Positions 21,472 through 29,800 of a stretch of 64,000 nt of DNA are shown piece after piece. Every line of letters starts with the position of its first letter. Position 1 is the first letter of the stretch. The position numbers and the translations under genes are program-made. Source of the DNA: Patescibacteria group bacterium (GTDB lineage: Bacteria; Patescibacteriota; Gracilibacteria; UBA1369; PNNO01); assembly GCA_042568575.1 (NCBI GenBank), contig JBHPIO010000007.1, positions 275 to 64,274 on the forward strand, given 5' to 3'. The notes beneath the pieces are model-generated. The model worked only from the letters and a program-made list of their open reading frames with translations, had not been told where the DNA came from and ran no database searches.

Positions 21472-22821
21472 TTAGCCTTCTAAACAAACGTTTTCCTTGC
21501 TTTCGGTCTTGCCTTCACCGATTTCAATCACAACGTCTCGGCTAAGTAATTCACGAACTGCATGGCGGTCATCCCATGGAATTTTTTCCTTACCAATAAT
21601 CTGAATTTCCTCGCAACCTTTCCCTGCAATAATTACACTATCACCTTCTTTTGCTAAAGTTAACGCTAAACGAATTGCCTCATACCTATGCGGAATTTTC
21701 CAAAATCTATCGCCTTCTTTTCGCTTAATTCCTTCTGCAATACCTTCAATAATCTTCCATTCATCTTCCTCGTATGGATCATCATTAGTTAAAATAATAT
21801 AATCTGCAAATTCATCTGCAATCTGTCCCATTGTTGGACGCTTCGCCTTATCACGACCACCTCCAGTTGCACCAAAAACCGCAAATACACGTCCTGGAGT
21901 AAGCTTTTTATAAAGTTCCAGAAGCTTTTGAAGAGCATCGGGTGCGTGAGCATAATCAACAACTATAGAATAAGGTTGCCCACATTCTAGAACTTCAAGC
22001 CGCCCTGCAACACCTTGTGCTTTTTCCAAAGCATTCTTGATTGCCTGTACATTAATATTGTTTGCAAGAGCAACGGTAGCCGCCGCAAGCGCATTGTAAA
22101 TGTTAAACTCACCAGAAAGTTTTAATTCAACTTCTATTTCATTATTAGGAACATGAAGAGTAAAAGTTGATCCTCCAGGATACAAATCTATATCAGTTGC
22201 ATAACAAGTTCCTCTCTTTAAAGAGTAAGTATATTTTCGATCAACAATAAACTGATCAAAATAAGCGAATTGAGGATCATCCTGATTTAAAACAGAAACT
22301 TTTGGCATATTCGGTTTCCTTTTAGACTTATTCAAACGCTTAAACAAACTACCTTTCGCTTGAAGATACATTTGGAAACTACCATGATATTCAATGTGAT
22401 CCTCTGTAACATTAGTAAAAGCAGCTGTATCAAAATTAACTCCTAAAATACGTGATTGTGTGATTGCATGTGAAGAAACTTCCAAAACAGCATGGGTACA
22501 ACCTTCTTTCACCATGTCGCGAAGCATTTTCTGAAGTGTAAACGGACTCATAGTTGTTTGCTTTGTTGCATTAGTCCATTTGCTAGCTCCAATTTGAAAA
22601 TTTATCGTAGAAGCCATACCAACTTTATGCCCAGCCTCTTCCAGAATCATTGTTATCAAGTTCACAGTAGTAGTTTTACCATTAGTCCCAGTAACACCAA
22701 TTACATTCAAATTCTTTGAAGGGAAGCCATAAACAAGAACAGCAATAACTGCCTTAATCTGATGATAGAAAAGTCGTAGCGGATTTGTGTCTGAAATAAG
22801 ACGTTTTAGTTTATTTAGCAT
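21472..22821 (-). CDS. murE: UDP-N-acetylmuramoyl-tripeptide synthetase (MurE-type Mur ligase)
   Basis: P-loop GVTGTNGKTTT with Mur ligase middle and C-terminal domains. ATG at 22819-22821 is preferred to the extended track start. Confidence 0.85.
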   Translation of the reverse strand: MLNKLKRLISDTNPLRLFYHQIKAVIAVLVYGFPSKNLNVIGVTGTNGKTTTVNLITMILEEAGHKVGMASTINFQIGASKWTNATKQTTMSPFTLQKMLRDMVKEGCTHAVLEVSSHAITQSRILGVNFDTAAFTNVTEDHIEYHGSFQMYLQAKGSLFKRLNKSKRKPNMPKVSVLNQDDPQFAYFDQFIVDRKYTYSLKRGTCYATDIDLYPGGSTFTLHVPNNEIEVELKLSGEFNIYNALAAATVALANNINVQAIKNALEKAQGVAGRLEVLECGQPYSIVVDYAHAPDALQKLLELYKKLTPGRVFAVFGATGGGRDKAKRPTMGQIADEFADYIILTNDDPYEEDEWKIIEGIAEGIKRKEGDRFWKIPHRYEAIRLALTLAKEGDSVIIAGKGCEEIQIIGKEKIPWDDRHAVRELLSRDVVIEIGEGKTESKENVCLEG

Positions 22822-23209
22822 CTGAAAAGTATTTTTTAGCAATTTTGATATCACGTGAGATTTCCTCTGCAAGTTCCTGCTCACTATCGAATTCTCTCAC
22901 ATTACGGATTTTTTTCAATACATTAACCAAGACTTCTTCTCCATATATATCTTCATTAAACCTGAAAATATGAATTTCACAGAAAGTTTTCGCGAGATCA
23001 TCCGTCCCAATTGTTTTTGGACCATAGTGCATTGCACCTTGATAAAGCTCTTCCTTAACCGTCACATTGCAAATATAAACTCCAAAATCTAATTCAACAC
23101 CTCCACCAATTTCCATATTAATAGTTGGGTATCCAAGCTCCGTTCCCTTCTTGGAACCAGGCACAACTTTGCCTTTGAAACTGATTATATCTCTATCTAG
23201 ACTTGACAT
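22811..23209 (-). CDS. stand-alone riboflavin kinase (RibF C-terminal-domain type)
   Basis: GKVVPGSKKGTELGYPTINM plus the downstream GVY..HYGP.. pattern of bacterial riboflavin kinase. Only 132 aa, with no FMN adenylyltransferase domain. Confidence 0.8.
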   Translation of the reverse strand: MSSLDRDIISFKGKVVPGSKKGTELGYPTINMEIGGGVELDFGVYICNVTVKEELYQGAMHYGPKTIGTDDLAKTFCEIHIFRFNEDIYGEEVLVNVLKKIRNVREFDSEQELAEEISRDIKIAKKYFSDAK

Positions 23210-23259
23210 ATTTGCAAATTCGTATTAAATTTAAGATTGGACATTTTAATTTATCTATA

Positions 23260-23619
23260 ATGGATTCTAGCCCAGCAACATCTCCGGATCAACCAAGTAG
23301 TGAAAAAATCACTACATTTGCTGAATTAAGTATTGAGGTTAAAGGCGCTGTAGACGCCATTCCAAATCTTAGTGAATCACAACGCAGATCTATTGCAACT
23401 CGTGTTCTTCGTGCACATTTAAGAAGCAAAGAAGACGTTACTCAAGCTCAAATATATGAGACGCTTAAAAGTGTTTGTGAAGAACTTGGGATAGAGCAAG
23501 AAATACCTGAGCCTGCTCCTGCATTAATAATGAAACCAATGAGAAAGGTAACAAAAATCAAAGCAAAGGGTATTTTAGAGGGCGAATCATCAGAAGATGA
23601 AGAATCAGCTACGGGGTAA
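23260..23619 (+). CDS. hypothetical acidic protein
   Basis: 119-aa ORF from ATG 23260. No family recognised. Convergent 15-nt overlap with the next gene. Confidence 0.45.
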   Translation: MDSSPATSPDQPSSEKITTFAELSIEVKGAVDAIPNLSESQRRSIATRVLRAHLRSKEDVTQAQIYETLKSVCEELGIEQEIPEPAPALIMKPMRKVTKIKAKGILEGESSEDEESATG

Positions 23620-25002
23620 TTTCGTTTGAGCAAATATACTTCCAACAACCAGCCAGAAAAGTAAGGCTAGGTCGTTTTTCCAAAATGGTACATCAATTAA
23701 TCCGTGTAGCATTATATAAGTAAGTATAACTAATCCCGCGATTTGTATATGCTTATCGCTGCGAGATAATGGCTTTAGGATTTGCATATATGCAAGCACA
23801 ACAATCCAAATAAAACTTATAAGCCCCAGTAGTCCTGAATTCAGCCAAAATTCCAAAAATATATTATGCGAATGAAGACGTTTTTCTTCGTAAGGTTTTT
23901 TTCCTAAAATTTCTTCCGCGCGCTCAACATAGTTTGCCTCATATTGCCCAAGTCCAATTCCAAGAAGCGGATTTTCTTTAATTAGATGCGTTCCAACACT
24001 CCAAATTTCAACACGAGTTGCGATGGAAGTTTGCTCATCTAGCTTAGTTAAGTTGGTGAATTTTTCGCTATTTAAAGCCACGGTAAGAGCACTTCCAGCA
24101 ACAAATATTAAAACAATAAAAACTATTAGTTTATTTAAAAAAGTACGTCCAATCCCCTTCGGCATTATGCTTCTTTCATAAATTATATAAATGAATAAAG
24201 CCCCAAATACTCCTATCACTCCACCGTAAGATTGGGTCAAAACCAACACTGCAAAAAGTAATGCAACTATTGGCGCAACATATACTCGTCTTTCTACGTC
24301 GTTCCACATTTTGTCTGCAGTTTCAAATCGCCTGTGAAGAAAAGTTTGAATAAAACGAACACTCACAAATATAAGTGCGGGAGACATATAAAGTGCTAAA
24401 TAATTAGCAGATTCAAAAGGTCCCGAAACACGATCATCAATAGTAACATATTGCCCAGAAAGTGCTTGATAAAGAGCCCAGAGAGCAAGCACAATTACCG
24501 AAGCAACATACGCTTTCATCGCAAAGGAAATGTCTCGTTTGCTCTTAACAGTTTTATAAAAAATCACGAAAAATATCAACGGAACAATAATCCAACTTTT
24601 TAAAATTCCAAGTGCTTGTTTGAATGATTCACCCGGAACAATAGTTGCCGAAATCAAACACGCTATTAAAAAAAGTGAAATCGGAAGAAATGGAGATTTC
24701 AGAAAATCAACAAATGGTTTTTCCTTTTTTCCAAATAGATTTTTGAAAAAGAATTTTATTTTCTCAGGAATATCTTTGGACAAAATCTCGTGGTGCTCCC
24801 CTTTTAGAATCTTGTAAAAAACAGGTATGGCAGCCAAAACTATGAGTCCTTCAACAAAATAAATCGGAATTCCAGAAACATCAATTCTTAATAAATAGAA
24901 TGGAAAAAAGATTGGCAATAACAAAACTGCAATTCGCGTTCTATATATAACGACACCAAACCATAGTGCATAAAGCACTCCATATACTATTAATTCATAC
25001 AT
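23605..25002 (-). CDS. O-antigen ligase-like (Wzy_C) polytopic membrane protein
   Basis: More than 10 TM helices and a Wzy_C-type loop (RLHSHNIFLEFWLNSGLLGL). Confidence 0.75.
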   Translation of the reverse strand: MYELIVYGVLYALWFGVVIYRTRIAVLLLPIFFPFYLLRIDVSGIPIYFVEGLIVLAAIPVFYKILKGEHHEILSKDIPEKIKFFFKNLFGKKEKPFVDFLKSPFLPISLFLIACLISATIVPGESFKQALGILKSWIIVPLIFFVIFYKTVKSKRDISFAMKAYVASVIVLALWALYQALSGQYVTIDDRVSGPFESANYLALYMSPALIFVSVRFIQTFLHRRFETADKMWNDVERRVYVAPIVALLFAVLVLTQSYGGVIGVFGALFIYIIYERSIMPKGIGRTFLNKLIVFIVLIFVAGSALTVALNSEKFTNLTKLDEQTSIATRVEIWSVGTHLIKENPLLGIGLGQYEANYVERAEEILGKKPYEEKRLHSHNIFLEFWLNSGLLGLISFIWIVVLAYMQILKPLSRSDKHIQIAGLVILTYIMLHGLIDVPFWKNDLALLFWLVVGSIFAQTKLPRS

Positions 25003-25013
25003 TTAGATTTTCG

Positions 25014-25589
25014 TTAGTATTGTTTTTTCTCAAGTTCGATAAGTCCGTAATCACCATCTTGTCTTCTGTATACAACAGAGAAAAGATCTGTATCTTCATT
25101 TACAAAAGCGTAAAAATCGTGACTCAGAAGCTCCATTTGCTCAACTGCTTCGTCTTCACGCATCGGTTCAAGATCTGCATATTTTTTTCTCTTAACTACT
25201 TTTTCAATTTCTTCTTCGGTCATACCACCTTGAACAGACTCAAGCGTTGATTCAGGAATCCACTGACCACCTCTATCTCGTCGATGCTTTTTCGTCTTGT
25301 ATCTTTCGATCTGTTTTTTAAGTTTTTCAACTGCAAGATCAGCAGTTTCTTCAACTGTAGACCCTTTAACTTCCGCTCTAATAACTGCATTTGGAACATA
25401 CATAGTAATCTGAGTTGCTATAGATTGCCCATCAGATTTCGACTTCGTATATTCAACATCAACTCGAATCATTGTTGCTTCATCAGCTACTCTTTGTTCG
25501 TATTTTTTAAGATTGGTAACCTTTTCATTTATGTACTCCTTCTGGTTATCTCCAAGTGAAACCGACTGACTAAAAATTTGAATTTGCAT
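25014..25589 (-). CDS. hpf: ribosome hibernation promoting factor (long HPF/RaiA)
   Basis: RaiA/S30AE N-domain plus C-terminal dimerisation domain (HDFYAFVNEDT..VVYRRQDGDYGLIE). Confidence 0.88.
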   Translation of the reverse strand: MQIQIFSQSVSLGDNQKEYINEKVTNLKKYEQRVADEATMIRVDVEYTKSKSDGQSIATQITMYVPNAVIRAEVKGSTVEETADLAVEKLKKQIERYKTKKHRRDRGGQWIPESTLESVQGGMTEEEIEKVVKRKKYADLEPMREDEAVEQMELLSHDFYAFVNEDTDLFSVVYRRQDGDYGLIELEKKQY

Positions 25590-25626
25590 AAGAAAATTTT
25601 ATTAAATTGCATTAGCGATTATACGT

Positions 25627-26286
25627 TTACTGAAGACCTTTTGCAAGATCGAGAAGAACCGCATATGGATCATCAGCTTTAGTTACTCCAGAAGCAAGAA
25701 GTACACCAGATGCACCAAGTTCAATAGCCTTTTTCGTATCTTCACCAGTTTTCACACCTGCGCCAACAAGCACTTTTCCATCTCCAATAAGTTCAACTGA
25801 TTCTGTAATTACCTCTGGCTGAGCATTTGAAACAGAAATATTTCCGCCAATAAGTTCTGGTGGTTCAACAGCTATCAAATCGGGATCATACTGCGCTATT
25901 TGCGCTCCCATTTCAGGAGTATTTGCACAAACAACCGTGTAAAGTCCAACTTCTTTTGCTCTTTGAATAGATTTTTTTAGCGTTTCTTCATCAATTTGAC
26001 GTTCTGCATGATTCAAAAGTGTTCCAAAAGCTCCTGCCTCTTTCATTGATTCGGGCATTACATAGCCGGTATTAGAACCATAAACAACCGGATCTATGTG
26101 CTGTGCGAATACAGGAATCGACACTTCTTGTGAAACTCTGTAAACATCCGCAGGTTGCACACAAACTGCAAAAGAAAGTCCTGTTTCTTGTGCTACTTTT
26201 TCGTGAATTTTAGCAAGCTTGAGAGCTTTATCCCCTGTCGCAGATTCGTATGTTTTGAAATTAACAATGATCGTTGGAAGATTCAT
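25627..26286 (-). CDS. tpiA: triosephosphate isomerase, short archaeal type
   Basis: 219 aa. Long stretches match archaeal TIMs as I recall them (INFKTY.EATG, IPVFAQHIDP, GTLLNH.E, AVEPPELIG, GAG..TGED.KKAIELG..GVLLASGVTKA). Confidence 0.88.
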   Translation of the reverse strand: MNLPTIIVNFKTYESATGDKALKLAKIHEKVAQETGLSFAVCVQPADVYRVSQEVSIPVFAQHIDPVVYGSNTGYVMPESMKEAGAFGTLLNHAERQIDEETLKKSIQRAKEVGLYTVVCANTPEMGAQIAQYDPDLIAVEPPELIGGNISVSNAQPEVITESVELIGDGKVLVGAGVKTGEDTKKAIELGASGVLLASGVTKADDPYAVLLDLAKGLQ

Positions 26287-26378
26287 ACCAAAATTAGGTT
26301 AAAATTCATCAATATTCTTACTCACTCACTCTACAAAAAAAAGCCCGGAATACCAAGGATTTTTTTCACGCTACACCG

Positions 26379-26407
26379 TTGACTTATCGGCGATTTTTTG
26401 ATAAACT
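26379..26407 (+). promoter_or_regulatory. promoter of the giant-ORF operon
   Basis: TTGACT (26379-26384), 17-nt spacer ending in TG (extended -10), TAAACT (26402-26407). Lies about 40 nt upstream of ATG 26447. Confidence 0.5.
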
Positions 26408-26446
26408 ATATGGATAAACTTTAAAGTATAAATAAAAACAAAAAAT

Positions 26447-26836
26447 ATGTTTTCCAAACTAATACACTCATTTTTCAATGATGATGACTCGCTCCTTGGC
26501 GCAAGTGAGCGTAGACTCGTAAACATGGCTCCAGGTGGTAAGAGAGCACCAAGAAATAAATTCGTGCCTCCAAAACCTGAAACTGCTAAGCGCCCAGAAA
26601 AACTTTCTGCATACGAGTATCACCAGAAGTTCGACAAAGTGATGAAACTAATGAAAGCGAACAAGGCGAAAGTGAGTCTTAGAATTATTCCAAGCCAAGG
26701 TAACAAAGTTGATCTTCCAACATTAAAAGCCGGATTAATTTCAAAAACAAAAAGACTGGCAGAACTCACTGTTGGGACAATTATAAAGAACACCCCCCCC
26801 AAGACAAAAAGCAAAAATGAAACAGCTTTTGAATAA
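26447..26836 (+). CDS. hypothetical basic protein; possibly the true N-terminus of the 2446-aa ORF
   Basis: 129 aa, K/P/R-rich like the linkers of the next ORF. Overlaps it by 20 nt. The C8 tract at 26793-26800 separates the two frames by exactly one nucleotide. Confidence 0.6.
   Translation: MFSKLIHSFFNDDDSLLGASERRLVNMAPGGKRAPRNKFVPPKPETAKRPEKLSAYEYHQKFDKVMKLMKANKAKVSLRIIPSQGNKVDLPTLKAGLISKTKRLAELTVGTIIKNTPPKTKSKNETAFE
26793..26800 (+). repeat. C8 homopolymer tract
   Basis: cacccccccc aag read directly. It is the only long G/C homopolymer I saw in this AT-rich window. Confidence 0.95.
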
Positions 26837-29800
26837 ATTCAAGGAAAATTTACTCGCAAGTATAAGAGATAAAATAACAACAAGAACTGCACTACTAAGA
26901 TTAAGTACAAAAGGCCTTCACTATTTGACTATCGATAAAGATGGGATGATTACGCTTAGCAAAAAAGGAACTGTAGATTATTCAAGTTTAAGTCTTGCAC
27001 CTGCATACGCAGCTAAACCTACTACAAAACCAGGTCAAAAAGCTGCTCCATCAGGAAGACGTAAGGCTACTGCTCCTACAAAAACACCAAAACCAAAACT
27101 AACTCCAAAACAACAAGCACAACTCGAAACTCAACAAAGAAAAGAGCTAATTAGAAAAGCTACTGTTCAGGCTCGAGCATTCCAAAGCCTTCTTAAGACA
27201 CCATACACTTGTACAGTTGATACTAAAAAAACAAGCGTCAATGTAAAAACCCAAACAATCTATATCGATATCCAAAAAAATGGAAAACCATTTGGAACTG
27301 TGCTTTGGGGACCAAAAATTAGCATTTTCCGATTTGAGTACTACGACGTAAATACAAAACAGTACAAAAAATATGGACCGCTTGTTACTACTAAGCAGTT
27401 AAGATCGCGAGTTCAAGATGTAACGAAGATGTGGAAAGTGGTTGGGAAAACACCTCCACTACCACAAAAACCTGGAAAAAAACCAGCCCATGCTACTAAA
27501 CCTACTCCAACAGCAACAAAGAAAGTAGCGCAAAAGCCAACTGCAAAACCTGCAGCGTCTGCAGAATTAAATAAACAAATCGTAGACCTCAAGAAAACTC
27601 TTGGACCAAAATATACTTACATATCAAAGCCTAAGTATGGAACTATTGAACTTTCGCTTCCTGGAAAACAACCATTCACAGCTTTAAAGAAAAGCGCAGA
27701 TGGTTCATGGGTTGTATACAAAAAAGAAGGCGGAAGATGGAAAGAATCTTATAGAGGAAAAAATATGGCAGCGTTTAAAGCTGATGTTGTAAGGCTTGCA
27801 GGAAGAAAGGCGGCACCAAAACCGCTTGCAAAACCTGCAACAGGACCTGTTGAAGTTGCAAAACAAAAAGCTATTCAAGCTGCAGAGAGAATTATTGGAA
27901 GAATCGAATATTATGACAAAGCTAGACAATATACTTTTACAATCGACAAAGCTAACAGTCATAAACATCTAGTAATTCTTGATGTTAAAAAAGGCGGAAA
28001 GGATTTAGGATCAATTCACATCTATAATCCTTTGGATGCAAAACCAACAATTACGTACACAGATACAACCAATAAGATGCATCGATACAGAAGAGCAGAT
28101 GCAACATTTATTGCAATTAACGCATACGCAAACAAAGTTGCTCCTGGGAAAGTACCTCCTGTTTCAAGAGGTGTTGCAAAGAAACCAACTGCTAAACCTG
28201 CAACTAAAGAGATCGACAAATCAAGTCCGCAATACAAAAGAGCTAGAGTAATATTCAAGCAAGGTATAAAAGAATTTGATGGTGGACATTATAAAAAAGC
28301 AATCATTACATTTAAAAAATCGCTTTCCTTAAGTCGAGATCCAAAAATTCATACTAGAATTGCATTATCATATAAATGGCTTGGAGAACCTAGAAAAGCA
28401 TTGAAACATTACAAATTATTTCTTAAGGATTTCAAACCCAAAACTGATAGAGACAAAGCATTACGAAGTCTCGTAGTTAGTAAAATGATCCCACAACTCG
28501 AAAAAGCCATTGCGAAACAGGGAGAAAAACAAAAAACTTCTCCAGAAAAGCAAAAGGCAATCGAAGCCGGAAAACTAAGAATCAAACAGCTTCAAAGAGT
28601 TCCTGGAGGAAAAGATTATAACTATAAAATAGATAGTGTTGTCAAAGGGTTTGCTTTTATACGTATTACAAATAAAAAAGGAGAACGGGTTGGATTTGCT
28701 GCGTTAGATCTTAGAAATAAGAGCAATGATATTGACTACAGCACTCCAGAAAGTAATAAAATACATAATCTAAAAGGCCCAAAAGCCCTAATAGCAGCAA
28801 TAAAAGCATACGAAAAAACTCTCGCTAAAAAAGAGGCGGTTAAAAAACGTACAACAGTTGATCGCAAAAAACTACGATCACAGATTGGACTTTCACAAGC
28901 TGCGGCAACTGAGAAATTCGGAAATCAAATGAATCCTGAAGTTAAAGGTCAGGTTACTTTCGAATTTGGAAAAGACAAACGTGGATCGTTTATTATTGTT
29001 AAATTTAAAGGTGGACGTAAAGGTCTGGCTGAACGCAAATTAACACTTGGTGAGTTATTCAAGTTCGTTGGAAACGACATCCCTCACAACATTCGTGTTA
29101 TAGGAAGAACATGGGGTGGCAGACAAGATAAAATAGGAACTTATTATTCTCATCTTAAAGAATTCCATCATATAAAAGGATCACGTCTTAGAGTTTACCA
29201 CGGAAATAAACTCTACTTTGGACCACGAAGATCTATCGCTATTGCCTCTTCTGCTGCAGAACCACTTAAGCAAGCACAACTTCGTGCAGAAGCTGCAAAA
29301 CGTAAAATAGAAGATACAAAAGAAAGAAAAAATTACGAAGCATTTAAAAAGAAATTAGGCGAGAGAGTTAGAATGCATGATGAAAGCATCAACTTAGCTC
29401 ATTTTGAGGCTTTTATGAATGATGAAGACTACGACGTTCCAAGATTTCTTCAAAGCGATTCTGATTGGAAAACTAACTGGAAATTTGTAAGCAGAGATCT
29501 TCTTAAAACACTAGCTTATCCTCCATTTAAAATTGGAAGAGTTGAGGCTCAAAGAAAATTCTTACAGGAAGCAATCCAACTTAGACTTGATAAATACATC
29601 CAACCAAGTGATTTCTTCAAAGTTAAAATTGAAGGACGATCTATATATAATGGTAGTTATTCTAAATTTAAGGGACGATACGAAGATTTACTTACAACAT
29701 TCGACAAAAAGGAAGTTGATCCATGGGGTGATACTTCAAAACTAAAACCTGCGGATAAAAAACTCGTTGCAGAATTCTTAAAAATGAACGAAACCATTAA

